From Protoeuglena noctilucae (lineage: Eukaryota): a stretch of 64,000 bases of DNA. A program made the translations under genes and the position numbers. The stretch covers positions 806,001 through 870,000 of the forward strand of contig OY253684.1 in assembly GCA_958009085.1 (NCBI GenBank), read 5' to 3'. The notes beneath the pieces are model-generated. The model worked only from the letters and a program-made list of their open reading frames with translations. It was not told where the DNA came from and did no database searches. Position 1 is the stretch's first letter. Every line of letters starts with the position of its first letter. This document shows positions 44,601-58,406 of the stretch, piece by piece.

Positions 44601-47600
44601 CCAGCTCGTGCTCACGCGACACCCAGCCATCGTGGCAGCGGCCGCCAGGCTGCTCTATGTGGTGCTGGAGCACAATGCCCAAGCGCTGTCGCGGTGAGAT
44701 GGGTGGGGTGTTTGTGTTGGGTGATAGAGGGGGGTGATGGAGGGTGGTAATGCCTGGGGGTAGTGGGGGGGTGGCGGAGGTTGGGAGGTAGTGTGGGGTG
44801 GTAAGTGAAATGGATGTGGTGAAGATTGCAACTGTTCGCTGTGTACTATCACTTATTCTATGCATATCTATCACGTACTGCCAATATCACATATATTGGC
44901 ACACACACACACACACACACCCACCCACACACACACACACACACAGTCCATCTCAATTACTATCTATCTCAATCACTATCTATCTCAATCACTATCTATC
45001 TCAATTACAACCCTCTCCTTCCCAACTCAGCCTGTACGCGACCGGCTTCTTTTACTTCGCTGTCACGCACCTGGGCTCGGACGTCGCCGATCTGGCGCGC
45101 GTGCTGCGGCTGTCGCACCTGAGTCAGCGATTTAGGGGGGAGGCCGACGCGCGACAGGGGCCCGCCACGCCCCTGGGGCAGAGGTCGTACCTGGGGCACG
45201 TGCTGCCGGAGGCGAGTGGCGTTAGTATCTACTGATTGTTCGGTATGGATCGCGATGTTGTTATTTATCGCTAAATGCATGTGGCTGGGATGGGTGGGCT
45301 GTCTGTGCCCCCGTGGCAAAGGTCGCATCTCCGGCTCGGTTGCCCATATATCTATGTTTGTCATCAACATAATATACATAATATACACGATAAATACTCC
45401 CCCGCCCCCCTCCCCCCCCAGTCTTTGATCTATGTGCTTGAGCACGGCACCCCCGATGCCTTCTCGGCCGCTCTGTGTGGGGAGCACGACACGCCAGAGC
45501 TGTTGTGGACGGAGCGCATGAGGAGGGGGACGCTGCAGCCGCAGGTGACGGTGATGTATTTGAATATATCGATTGGCAGTAATTATAAGCAGATGAGTGA
45601 TGATGTGTGAGGATATAGCTGGCGCAGACGCGTGCGGATGCCATGGTGGGGTTTGGTATGTATACATGCAATCCCACATTCAAACGACGTTCAATCAACT
45701 CTCAATCGACTCCCACACCACCCCACCCCCCAGGTGTCCCAGCATCTGGGTCTCTTCCCCCTGGTCATCAAGCAGCGGCATCAAGCAACGTACGACTACA
45801 CCCCACTCCCGCCCATCGCATACCCGGACCTGCAGGCGAGTTGGGAGGGGAGGGAACGGGGGAATGAGTAAGTATTATATTATATTAGTTAATATAGTGG
45901 TAATAATACTTGGGATCGTATGCTGGGCAGGGGTAGTGTATGGGGGTAAATAATTCAGTAAGTATTGTAGCGATTACTGCAGTGGTAATTATACTGGGGA
46001 TCGTATGCTGGGCAGTGCGTCGGATGTGTGGGATCCGGTGCCACCGCTGCTCCTCTCGCCCCTCACACACACATCAACACCCCCATTCACCCACCCATCC
46101 GCACCCATATCACTCCTACCCCTCACAATATGAACACCCCCAATCACTTACACCGAACCCCTTGTCTAACTCACAGGGCGAGATCTGGTGCCACCGCTAC
46201 CACCTCCGCAACCTCTGCGACGAGCGCCGGTTCCCCGATTGGCCCGTGGTGGACCACTTGCGTGTGCTGCAGTCACTGATGGGGCTGTGGAAGCAGGAAC
46301 TGGCGAAAGAAGGGCCCGGGATGGGGGAGGAGGAGGCGATGCGAGTGATGGGAATAACGAGGGGGGAGGGGGGGGAGTGGCCGGGGGCCGAGGCCGTCAG
46401 GCGGGCATACCGCGCCAAAGCGAGGGAGTGCCATCCCGATCGGTGAGATGGGGTTATGGGGTGGGTGTTGATGGGTTAGATGAGTATGCGAAATTGAGTG
46501 GATGGGGAGCGCGTACAGTTGCGGTCACACACCCACCATTGCCCACCCCAGCCTCTCTCACATTCCCTCTCCCGCACTCCCCCACTCTCCCACCCCCCCC
46601 TCCCCTCCACCCCCGCAGCAACCCCGGCGAGGACGCCGCCGATCGATTCGCCGCCCTGCAGCGAGCCTACGAGTACCTGCAGGGATCTTTCAATGCCAGA
46701 AACGGGGCGGGCAATGCGGGCACTGCCCCCGCCTATGGGCCCGACCCCTCTCGTCTGCTGCTGGTGCTGAGGGCGCAATGCGTGCTGTACCGGCGATACC
46801 CCAAACAGCTGTCGGAATTCAAATACGCGGGGTATCCCATGCTGCTCAGGGCCGTGCAGGTGAGGGGTGGTGGATGGGGAGATGATGTGCGCTTGCTGCT
46901 GTCGTTGCTGTGACCACCGCTGCTTTCGATACCCCCACTGCCACCCATGCCACCACCCCCACCCCCACCCCCACTCCCACCCATATCACCACCCCTACTG
47001 CCACCTTTACCGCCACCCCCACTGCCACCCATACCACCACCCCTAACATCACCCCCCCCACCCCTACACAGGACCACATGCGCACTTCCGCCCCCCTCCA
47101 CCCCACCAGCCCCGGCCACCCCCTCGTGCAATCCTCCGCCGAGCTGTGCTGGCTCACATGCGCCGCGTCTCCCAGGTCAGGACTCGAACTCGTGAGGTGC
47201 GGGGGGGTGCCGTTACTGGCGGAGGTTCTGGCGAGGGCGATACCCGCGTTGAGTGGGGAGGGGGAGGAGGCGAGGGGGGCGGCGGAGTTGGCTGCAAATG
47301 CACTGCGGACGTTTGCGGGACTGGGGGTGTACGATGCGGGGAGAGCGGAGGTGCTTAAACGGTGGGGGGTGGTGTGCGACATTGTGCGGGGCTGTGGGGA
47401 GGGCAAACACCCTGCAGTTGCGGACGCGGCTGTGGCTTGCGTGGGGGCGCTGGCGGGCAGCCCTGGGTTGCAAGCGGCGTTGGTGGCGGCGGGGGCGTCG
47501 TGGGTGCTGATACCGTTATTGTTTGCGTATGATGCGGGGGCGGGTGGGGATGGTGCGGACGTGGCTGCTGCTGAGAGGATGCTCAGCTTGCGTGCGAGGG

Positions 47601-50600
47601 GGGTGCAGGGTGCGGGGGCGGTGGGAGATGGGGAGGGGGAGGGGGAGGTGGATGGGGCGGAGAACCCCGCGCTGGTGCTGGGGGCGCTGGGGGCGCAGAG
47701 GGCGAGCATGCAGGTGAGAGTGATGGGAGTGGGTGGGGTGGGATGTGTGTGGGTGTGTGTGTGGGGTGGGTGGGTGAGAGTGAGCATGCAGGTGAGGGGG
47801 AGAGGGAGGTGGGGTGTGTGTGGGGTGTGGATGCGTGCACAGTGGGTTTAAGCACCTCTCATTATACCCCTCTCCTCTCACCCCACCATACCCACTCATC
47901 CCATCACTCACCATGCCCTCACCATCCCCTCACCGCCCCTCTCCCCCCCAGGCCGCCCGCAACGTGCGTGCCATGCTCGCCGCACGCGCACTGGCGAGAC
48001 TGGCGGGGCTGATGGGGCGGGGAGGGCGATTTGGCACATCCCCGCTACCGCCACTGCAAGATGCGCTAAAAGCGCTGCTCACCCCTTACCTGGCGGGGCG
48101 ACTGGCGGAGATCGACCCGAGGGGTTTTCTGGCAGACGCGTGCCAGAGTTGCGAGCGGCCGCATCTGATCTGGGACGCGGAGATGAGGGAGGGGGTGGGG
48201 GAGGTGTGCGGGGGAGCGATGGAGGTGAGATGGGGGGGTGAGGTGGAGATGGGGTGGTTGTGATTGAGTGGTGTTATAGATGGGGTGATGGTGATATACG
48301 GGGAGTGGTTGAGGGGTAATGAGGGTGACCTTTGCTTCTTAACCCATCCCCACACTCCCACTCACCGCATAACTCACCCCCCACTCACCCCAACCATCAT
48401 AACCCCCTTCCCCCCCCCCGCAGTCCCTCAACCTGCAAGAGCCCCCCTTCCTCCCACCCCTCGCATCCCAGCCCCCCTCCACCCCCCTCCCGCCCCCCGC
48501 CCTCGCGCACCTCACCGCCACCCTCGCCCCCGCCCTCTCTTTCCACCACTCATCCCTGAAGCACGAATTGGTGATCGCGGGTGTGTACGTTCGCGTGTAT
48601 AACGCGCAGCCTCAACAGCCCCTCTTCGACGCGGCCACGTTTCTGGCAGAGACTCTGGCACAGGCGGCGTTTCTGGCGAGGGCGTACCTGCAGGCGCGGG
48701 GGCTGTGGGTGCCGGCGCTGCTGCCGCGATTGCCGGCGGAGGGGGCGACGAGGGCGGGGCAGGGGGGGATGGGGGGGTACATGCCAAGCGTTGCGCCGGG
48801 GATGGGCGGGAGGGGCGGGGGTGCGGGTGCGGGTGGGGTTGCAGCGAGGCAATCTGTCAAGAGCGAGGGTGCGGGTCCGCTGGAGCAGGGAGGGGAGGCG
48901 GCGGCTGCGGGTGGCGCGGCGGCGAGTCGCAGAGAGGCTGCGTGGAGTGCGGGGGATGAGGGGCGGCTGCTGGCGTGCTTGCAAGCGGCGGCAAATGTGG
49001 TGGGTGGCAGCCCGGGCTTGGCTGTGCTGGCGGCGGGGAGAGCGACGGTGGCGGCGCTGCTGTGGGCGATGCAGGCGGCGGTGGCGGCGGGGGTGGGGGG
49101 TTGTGAGGGCAACGGGTCGGTGGCAAGTGGCGGTATGGGGCATGCATTGAGGGACGGGGGGGCTATCGGCACTGCCACTGCCACTGCTTCTGCCAATGCG
49201 GGTTCGCCCTTTGTCAGCAGCACCACGAATGTAGCGGCGGGGGCGACATCGGTGGGCGGTGCATCGGCGGTGGCAGTGACGGCGTTTGACGCCTCTCTGT
49301 GCCTGGCATCTCTGCGACTGATGGCCCAATTGGCTGGCCACCCCAAAGGAGCAGAGTCGCTTGGTTGCGAGGCGGTGGTGTGCCGGCTGATGTGGCTGGT
49401 GCACCGACCGCCCACCCCCGCTTGCCGCGATCACTGCTTGCGGGTGCTGGGGGCGCTGGCGGGGCGGCCGGCCGTGGCCTTTTGCGCGGCAGAGCAGGGC
49501 GGGGCGCTCATGCTGCTGTCCGCAATCATGCCGGGATCGGAAGCCGCTTACACGCTGGGTGGAGGGGGGGCGGGTGTGGGTGGCAGTGGGGGTGCGGGAG
49601 AGGGGCAGAGTGCGGGGGTCACTTCAACAGCGGCCACTACTGCTGCGGGCGCTAGGAGTGACGCAGCAGCTGCGATGACGAGGGAAGCACCGACAGCAAG
49701 CGTAACAGGCAATGACAGCGCAAGCGAGGACCGGCTGCGTGTGGCGGCTGCTTCTCTGCTGGGTAGACTGGCGCAGAGCGGGGCCCACGGCTCCCGCATC
49801 GTCGCTGTGCTCTGCGCTGTGCTGCCTGCGGGCATTGTCGATGCGCTGAGGGACGGGCCGGGGGAGGCGGCGGTGGGGGTGCTCGAGGCCGTGTCGGGTG
49901 AGCAGTTGATGTGTGGTTATATCGATATCATATGTGTTGGGTTAGGGTTTGGGCAGGGGTTGTAATTGGTTGTGACTGTTGAAGATAGTGTTGCTGTGGT
50001 GAGTGGGTGGGTGGGGGAGGCGGCAGTGGGGCGCTCGTGGCCGTGTCGGGTGAGCAGTGGTTGCAACGATGATACCATTTATATTACTGTTATTCCGTAT
50101 GGTATGGATGTTGTCAATACGGTACGAATCGATCATTATATGTCGTAGCGACTGTAATAATAACAGATGCAATGATAAATAACAACAATACTACTATCAC
50201 TGTATGTGCTTGCTAATCAACTCCCACTCATCCTTCCCCCCTTTCAGAGACCCCCGAGCGCGTGTGGAGCCGCGCCATGCTGAGCCGCGCCTCGTCCGCC
50301 GTTTCAAATCTCTGCGCATCGGCACGCGCCCAGCAGTGGCGGGCGATGGCGGCGGGGGGAGGGGCGGAGTGGGCGCCGGGGGCGGGGGGTGCGGTGGAGT
50401 TTGAGGAGCTGAGGGGGGAGCTGCAAGTGGGGGGGGTGTACGGTGAGTGAGTGGGGGGAGCTGCAAGTGGGGGGGGGTGTATGGTGAGTGAAGGGGTTGG
50501 GGGTTGCACATGTGGGGGGGGTTGTACAGTAAGTTAGTGTTATGTATATATTTATTCTGTCGTCTGTAGTAGATATGTATATTTGTATTATTTGAATTCC

Positions 50601-52240
50601 TCCCTTCCACCCCCACCCCCACCCCCGCAGTCCGCCTCTTCCTGAAGGACCCCCGCCACCCCCTCCGCGACCCCCGGGGCTTCCTGCAAGCGCTGCTGGA
50701 CGCGCACCTGGCATCGGCAGCAAAGGTGGTACCGATCTCGAATTCAAACAGCGTGGGGAGAGGAGCAGCGGGGATGGGGGGGATGGGGCCTGGGGCGGCA
50801 GCCGAGCGTTGCGTGACGCTGGGGGCAGCAGCCGTGGCGCTCATGCAGGTGAGGGGAGAAAAAGGGATTTGAATGTTGTGCGAGTTTAAATGGCAGTTAC
50901 ATGTAAGTGGGGCTGAGGGGTGAGGTTAGTGGAGGGGTGCGTGGGTGGGTAGCGCGGGTGGCGTGGAGCGCCCGTGTCACTCCAAACACTCTAGCGACCC
51001 ATAACATGGCCCAATTGATGACCCTTATCATGTCACATCATCCCTCAATCACCCTCACCCCTCTCTCCCCCTCTCCCTCACCCCCAGGTCCACCCCCTGC
51101 TTGCCGACGCGTCTGCCTCCACCGCCGCCCCCTCTCACCTCCTCTCTGCGCTGCTCTCCGCCTGCCACCTGCTCGCGAGGGGCCCGCACGCCCCGCTGCC
51201 ACCCGACGTGAAGAGGCAGGACGTGGTGGATGTGGCGGGGAGCGTGTTGCGCATCACACACCTCATGGCAGGTGAGGGGGTGGGGGAGTGGGTGAATGTG
51301 GGGGGGAATGGAGGGGTGGGATTGAGCAAAAGAGGGGGTGAGGTGAGGTGAAAGATACTTCACCCATTCTTCATTGCACACCACTCTTTGTCCCTCACGC
51401 AACGCACCACTCCCCCTCACTGATCGCCCACACCCCACACCATCACACCATCACACCATCACACCCCAGAGGGGTGTCCAACACCCCTCTCTACCCCACT
51501 CCCCCCCCGCAGTGTCCCTCGCCTTTGCCGAAGCATCTCCGACCACCACCCCCCCCGCCCTGCACGCCCTCGCACCCGCGCTGTCGTGGGAACGCGGCGC
51601 GCGCGTTCTGGCGCTTGAAACCATCAAGCGGTGCCTGAGGGCCGACAGCCGCGCGAGGGACGCGGCGGTGGGGCAGGCTCTGGCGATGAAACTGCCAGAG
51701 AGGCTGCTGCGAGCGCTGGACTGGCGGGGGGGTGCGGGTGCGGGTGCGGGTGCGGGTGCGGGTGCGGGTGCGGGTGCGGGTGCGGGTGCGGGTGCGGGTG
51801 CGGGGGCGGGTGCGGATGAGGCGCGGAGCAGCGATGGGGGAGTGGAGAGGGTGCTGTGGTGAGTGATGGGGAGATGGGATAGGATGGGGTGGTTAGCAGG
51901 GGTGGTAGTGGTGATGGGCAGCGATGAGAGACGGGCATGCTGCGCGTTACTCCCACCAATTCTGATAACTGTATCTCATATCCCTCATCTACCCCCCTCC
52001 CCTTCCCTCCCTCCCAGCATCGACATCCTGCGGCTGCTGTCGCTCCCCGGCGCCCACCACACCGCCGTCCAGTCCATCCTCGATGCCTCTGACGTTTGGG
52101 GTGCATACCGGGACCAGCGTCACGAGATGTTCTTGCCGGGCGCCGAGGACCGGCAGTCGGGGGTGGTGGGGCTGCTGACGGGGGGGGAGGTGGCGACGTT
52201 TGCGCTGCCGGCCAAGGAGGGGGAGGGGGCTGCGCAGTGA
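35603..52240 (+). CDS. DNAJC13: RME-8 / GRV2 / DNAJC13 endosomal J-domain protein (more than 25 introns)
   Basis: RFVVTKHSWKGRYQRIFC, WNHEEFSVHYPSL, GEHDTPELLW, EIWCHRYHLRNLCD, J domain VRRAYRAKARECHPDR|NP, FKYAGYPML, ELVIAGVYVRVYN, ELQVGGVY|VRLFLKDP, VWGAYRDQRHEMFLP. Confidence 0.96.
40064..40165 (+). repeat. (GGTGTG)n array at the 5' end of an RME-8 intron
   Basis: GGGTGT-type repeats start at the donor at 40064. This is the reverse complement of the CACACC arrays found at intron 3' ends. Confidence 0.85.
44900..44945 (+). repeat. (CA)n microsatellite in RME-8 intron
   Basis: Interrupted CA dinucleotide run. Confidence 0.9.
51730..51812 (+). repeat. Coding (GGTGCG)n repeat encoding a Gly-Ala run near an RME-8 exon 3' end
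   Basis: About 13 GGTGCG units translated as GAGAGA... Confidence 0.9.
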
Positions 52241-52741
52241 AGGGGGGAGATAAGGAGTCGAGTAAATGAGAATTGGATATGGGAGACGGTTAAAATGAAA
52301 GGATTGGGATGGGATGGGGATTCGGTGGGGGTAGGGGTTGGATGCAAGGCGGAGAGTGTAAAGATGAGACATGAGCATGCGCGTACCTGTGCTGAAGAAG
52401 ATGTTATGTTTTTGAAGAGTGGGAGTGTTTTCTTGTAGCCAACACCCATTGTCTCAAATGCGGTCTGAGCTAGCAGTCGAGCGCCGCTTCCTCTGCCATT
52501 CATCGCCTGCCGTTGAACGCATCCGCTGGCGGGAACGTCACGGCTGGCACAGCGATGCTGCCACTGCTTCACACACGTCTCATTCACGACAGCAGGTTCC
52601 CCAGCAGGCACAATTGTTTGCATGCACCCCATCCCAATCGAAGTAATGACTCTCGGCAGCTGCCATCACTTCACACACCTCCGTCCCCAATCAAAGCAAG
52701 GAGTCTCTGCAGATGTCATTACTTTGACACGTACATCCCAT

Positions 52742-54473
52742 TCACGATAGCAGGTTCCTCAGCAGCCTCTCCGCTTCCTCGAACTCTAGCGATTTCCGCT
52801 CTGTTTCCGACGCATGCGAAACGTAAGACTGCAGGAAGCGGATGCCCTCCTGGGGGGAGGGAGGGCACGGGGGTAAGGGATAAGAAGGGATAAGAACGAA
52901 AGGACGAGTAGGTAGTGAGAAGGAGTTACAACTTCGTTTTGTAAATGGGCGAGTGATGGTGCAGCTGGGCAAGCGAGCTCGCAAGCTGCGTCCCATGCAT
53001 CATACCCCGCATTCTCACCTGCGTGCTGCACCCTTCATCTCCATCACCATGCATATCCCATTCACCTGCGTGCTGCACCCCTCGTCCTGCACCATGCAAA
53101 TCCCCACGTCCCTGACCACATCCATCGATGGAAAGGCGTACGCCAAAACGCGACACGCCTCCAAAGCCTCACGGTACCGGCCAGACGCTGCAGGGGGTGG
53201 GGAGTGATGAGATGAGAATGAGAACGGTTGATGACATGGCCAGGCGCACACCCTACCTCACACCCACAGCCACCACCCCCCTCCTCGCATGCACCCCCTC
53301 CCTCGCATGCACAACCCCCCATCTCTCCACCCACACACCCACCCTCACCCATGGCTACCACCCGCATGGCATCCACAACGCGATACACGAGTTCCTCTCC
53401 CCCCATGGCCACCGCATTCCTGGGGGCGTCTGCCGCAAAGAACCAGGGATACCCCACGTCGAGCACCGTCTCCAGTCCGGGGGCTTCGTCGCCCATGACG
53501 CGGGTTCGAATCATGACGTGGTGGGGCGCGCCGGAAAAGGACACGGCCTCGGAGGGCACGCAGAGGCGCGCGAGGGCGTCCAGGGCGATGGCGGCGCACA
53601 GCATGTGGGACGCGGCGCCGGTTTCTGGCAAGCGGTGCAGCAGCCAGTGATCCAGGACCTGCAAGGGAGGCGACAGTGGGCGGTGGAGCTGGGGAGGAGC
53701 TGGGGGTGGGCAGTGGTGGGTTGGGTGCGTGCGCATGCGGGGAGGTGGGAGCAGTATATAGTGGGGGAGAGAGACACATAAGAGACAAAATAGAACCATC
53801 GACATTCGCCAACCCCCCACCCCACCTGCAGCTCGTCCACCTCCCTCTTGATGTCTACCCTCTGCATGACGGCGTTGTTGACCGCCTCCACCACCTCGTG
53901 ACCCATGCCGCCCTTAGCCTTGGCGGCCATCTCGGGCGCCCGGGACACCAGCCTGCGAATACGATAGAAATGGTTAAGAATTTGGCACACGCACACATGG
54001 CCGCGCGCCGGCCGGCACTGCGTCACGCACAGCATAGCACGTCCCGCACCGCTTGCAGATGCCGCGCACGTCCTCCAGCAGCTCGCCCACGTCCTCCGTG
54101 CTGCCCACCACCTGCCTCCCGGCCAAGAGAATCGCCTCCAGCACATCTACGGAGCCAGATTGCACCATCTCGCGCACGCGCGCAGCGTCCCCGTCGTCGT
54201 TCGCGTTGCCGAACGCGGGCAGCGATTTGAGGACCTCCGAGGCCCCGCCGTCTTCCTGCGAGTCAGCTACGTGCGCTTCGTGGCTTCGACCGGCCACAGA
54301 CAGGCGGCGAGGCCACGCTCGCGAGCAGAACGCACCGGGATGGCCCTGGCTCGGCGCAGAGGGGGGCGATGCGCGGTCCACCGCGCGCGCATCATCGACG
54401 CAGTGTGTGCGATCGGCCTGCGCTGCACCCCGTGCGCCCATCGGCACACGGGCGAATGGATGGGCGCGGACAT
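52742..54473 (-). CDS. SirB1-like (transglutaminase-like core + TPR) protein, probably organellar
   Basis: VVEAVNNAVM..VLDHWLLHR..LCAAIALDALARLCVPSEAVSFSGAPHHVMIR..VLDV, then helical GRYREALEACRVL..VVRDVGICM..EGIRFLQSYV. Clean spliced frame; family assignment is by eye. Confidence 0.6.
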
Positions 54474-54807
54474 GGTGCGGCTGTGGATGTGCCTGCCCGG
54501 AGCGCCCTGGCGTCACGCGCGATGTGCTGCTCGCAGTCGCAAACTTCGAGAGAGTCTGCTATTAAGCCGCAATAACTCTCCGGCGCGCGAAACTGCTGGG
54601 AGCCCAGGGGAACCCAAGTCAGACGGGAAACGCGAGCGAAAGCGCCGGCCTTCGAGCCGATGCCGCATCTGTGCGTGACCCTCTGTCCTGATTGTTCACG
54701 CTGCCTGTCCTTTGCGGCGAGAAGAGGACCTCGTTGGGGGCGCGGCACGGCGTACGAGCTCCCTCTGCTTTCCCACGCGGGGCTGAGGTGGATCCCGAGA
54801 AGCGAAG

Positions 54808-57800
54808 ATGCTCGACATCAACGCATTCCGCGTAGGTGACGCACCCGCTCTTTGCCGGGCATTTCCAGCCCTCCGCGCAGAGCCTTGCGTGTCTGCGACG
54901 GACTCTGGCCTTGCAGCGAGCTCTGATGGGGGGCTAGGACCGGGGACTGCGTGCGGCACGCGCCGGATCTCGACACGGCGGGCGCGGCATGCATGGCTCA
55001 ACCGACCACGGCGGCCGTGGCCCGGGGCTTGCGCTTGCGGGCCCGTGCGCACCGCGAGGCGCGCCTTGCGCATCTTCCTGTCGCGTGACAGCTCTCCCCC
55101 CGCCGCGTCGGTCCCCCGCGCCTCCAAACAGGCCACTGCAGGGGCGCGCAGCGTCGTCCACGTGCCCCGCCGCGACCGTGCGCGCCCCAGCGCCGCGCGG
55201 CCGGCCCTGCGCTCCGCGTCTTCAATCGCTGCGCTTCCGCTCCTCGCGCTCCGCAGACAAGGGCGGCGACCCCGAGAAGATCCGCGAGTCGCAGCGCCGG
55301 CGCTTCGCGGACGTGGGGATCGTGGACCGCGTGATTGATCTCGACGAGCAGTGGCGGCAGGCGACGTACGATATGGGTACGTACTACAGCGCGAGGGCAA
55401 AGCGGCTGCCGTCGCATGCCGGCCGCGCTGCTTTGTGTTTTTTCCAGAGTGGGCGCGAATGTGCTCTCCGCGCCCCCGCTGCGCGCAGAGAGCGCCAAGC
55501 GCGAGGCGAATCTGATTTCGAAGGAGGTGGGTCGCAAGAAGAAGGCGGGCGAGGACACGGAGGCGGAGCAGGAGCAAGTGCGGAAGCTCAAGGTCACGAT
55601 CGCCGAGCTGGAGGACAAGGCCAAGGTGAGGAGATGGGATGAGATGGGATGTGTGGCAGGCTGTGAATGTTATGGTTACTGAGCTGCAGGACACGGCCAA
55701 GGTGTGATGAGATGAGATGGGATGGGATGGCATGCACTCAACACGCCGTCGAGTTTGCGACATCCCGACTGCAGTACCGCTGCACCCGCACCCACCTCAC
55801 TGGCACCCGCACCCCCACCCTCCGTCTCACCTGTACCCCCCCTCACCCCACCCCACCCACCCCCACCTCACCCCCACCTCACCACTACCCCCCACCACCA
55901 CCACCACCTCAGTCCCTGGAGTCTGCCCGCAATGACCTGGCCGCCCAGGTGGGCAACTACGTGCACGAGTCGGTGCCCGTGTCCCAGGACGAGGCGATGA
56001 ACGCCGTGGTGCGCGAGTGGGGGCAGCCGCGGCAGGACGCCAGGCACAACCACGTCGACCTCGTGCAGATGCTCGGCATTGCGAATTTGGACCAGGGAGT
56101 GGTGAGTGGGAGCGCGGGTGTGTGCTCGCAGTGCAGATGCTAGCGATTGCCAACGCCTTCCTAGCGCCCTTCCCAACCTCACCCCACCACCGCACCCCCC
56201 CCCCCCCCCCCCCCCCCCTCCCCAACAGACGGTGGCGGGCGGCCGCGGCTACTACCTGATGAACGAGGGGTGCCTGCTCAACCAGGCGCTGGTCAGCTAC
56301 GCCATGGCGTTCCTCTTCAAGCGCGGCTACACCCCCGTGCAGACGCCCTTCTTCATGCGCAAGACCATCATGGCGCAGTGCGCGCAGCTGAGCCAGGTGA
56401 AGGGGGTGGGGGGAGTAAATGAGTAAGTGAGGGAGTGAGTCAGGGAGTGAGTCAGGGAGTGAGGGAGTGAATGAGCATTATGGCGCAGTGCGCGCAGCTG
56501 AGCCAGGTGAAGAGAGAGGGGTGGATGGGGAGGGGAGGGGTTGGTAGTGATGGAAGCGAGGATCAATGTTTCTGACACACCGTTTCTCCTCTCACCCTCA
56601 CTTTGGCATCGCCCGTCCCAAGTAACTCACCGCAGTTCGACGGCAAGCTCTACCACGCGACCACTCTCACTCACCTCATTCTCACATCCCCATGTCTCAT
56701 CTTATTTTACCACACCCCCCACCCCAGTTCGACGAGGAGCTCTACCACGTGAGCGGCGAGGGCGAGGACAAGTACCTGATCGCCACCTCCGAGCAGACCC
56801 TCTGCGCCCTGCACCTGAACCAGTGGGTGGAGCCGCGCGAGCTGCCCATCAAGCTGGCGGGGTACTCGACGTGCTTTAGGAAGGAGGCGGGGTCGCACGG
56901 CAGGGACACGCTGGGGATATTCCGGGTGCACCAATTCGAGAAGGCGAGGGGGCGATTGGGATGATAAGAGATGGTTGGGAATGGTGTGTGACTGGGTGAC
57001 TGGTTGTGTGGTTCATTGGGTGAGTGGTGTGTGACTGGTGAGAGGTGAGGGGCAGGATGGGGATAGTCGAAGTGCACCAGTTTGAGAAGGCGAGGGATGA
57101 TGGGGGGGGGGATGAGTGAGTGATTGTGGGGTGTGTGGTTTGTGATGCGATGCGGTGCGTCAAGTGACGTGCGATGAGCATCGAACGGCCCCCATGCAAT
57201 CTCAACCTGCCTCGCTTCCCCTCACACCCTACCACTCTCACCCCCACCCCCACCCCCCTTTCACCCAACGCAGGTCGAGCAGTTCGTGGTGGCCCACCCC
57301 TCACAGTCATCCCCACAACCACTCACCCAATCACTCTCACTCTCATTCTCACTCTCATTCTCACTCTCACTCTCACTCTCACTCTCACCCACCCATCACC
57401 CCCACCCCCTTACTCAAACACAGGTCGAGCAGTTCGTGGTGGCCCACCCCGACGAGTCGTGGCCGCTGATGGAGGAGATGATCGGCAACGCGGAGGCCTT
57501 CTACCAGTCCCTTGGATTGCCCTATCGAGTCGTCAACATCGTGTCGGGGGAGCTCAACAATGCGGCCGCCAAGAAGTACGACCTCGAGGCGTGGTTCCCG
57601 GGGGGCAAGGCGTACCGGTGAGAATTGAGATGGGGTGTTTGTTAGTATAACTATTACAAGTAGTAATAGTAGCATTACTTGTGTGTACCAGTACGACCTG
57701 GAGGCGTGGTTCCCGAGGGGGAAGGCGTACCGGTGAGAGTGGTAGTTGATATGAGTAGATGTGATGGTTAGTGTCTGTAGTGGAGAGCGATGGTGGTGTT

Positions 57801-58406
57801 TGCGAGTTGTTGTCACTCCCTCTCCCATCACATCGCAGTGAGCTCGTGTCTTGCTCCAACTGCACCGACTACCAGAGCCGCAACCTGGAGGTCCGCCTCC
57901 GCACCCCAAAGGCCCCCGGGGCAGAGCAGCGGAAGGACTACGTCCACATGCTCAACGCCACCATGACGGCCACGGAACGCACGCTCTGCTGCCTGCTTGA
58001 GAACTACCAGACGGAGGTGAGAGAGAGGAGGGGTTAGCGATAGCAGCATAGTACACTAGGTGTGATGGTGGTGGTGATAGTAACACTGACTGTGCTGCCT
58101 GCTTGAGAACTACCAGACGGAGGTGAGGGGGTTGGTAGTACAAGGGGATAGCAACAGTTCGGCTGTTCTCACATAATGTGATGGCCCCTGCGCTATTAAA
58201 GACCCATTGCAATGCCTTATCTTAGACTTACAATTCACCTGACCCCTCCCCTTACCGCCCAGAACGGCGTGGTGGTCCCCGAGCCCCTGCGCCCCTACAC
58301 GTGCGGGGTCGAGTTCATCCCTTTCCGCAAGGAGTTCGACAAGAACGGCAAGCTGGTGGACAGGGCCGCGCCCAAGCCTGACGCGTCCATGGGGTCGGTG
58401 AACTGA
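54808..58406 (+). CDS. SARS1: Seryl-tRNA synthetase, cytosolic
   Basis: [108 protein letters not shown]. Confidence 0.98.

Noticed and set aside
55361..55365. Possible GC donor in SerRS (CAG|GCGAC)
   Set aside because: The frame reads on as WRQATYDM to a canonical GT donor near 55378 that joins the next exon in frame.
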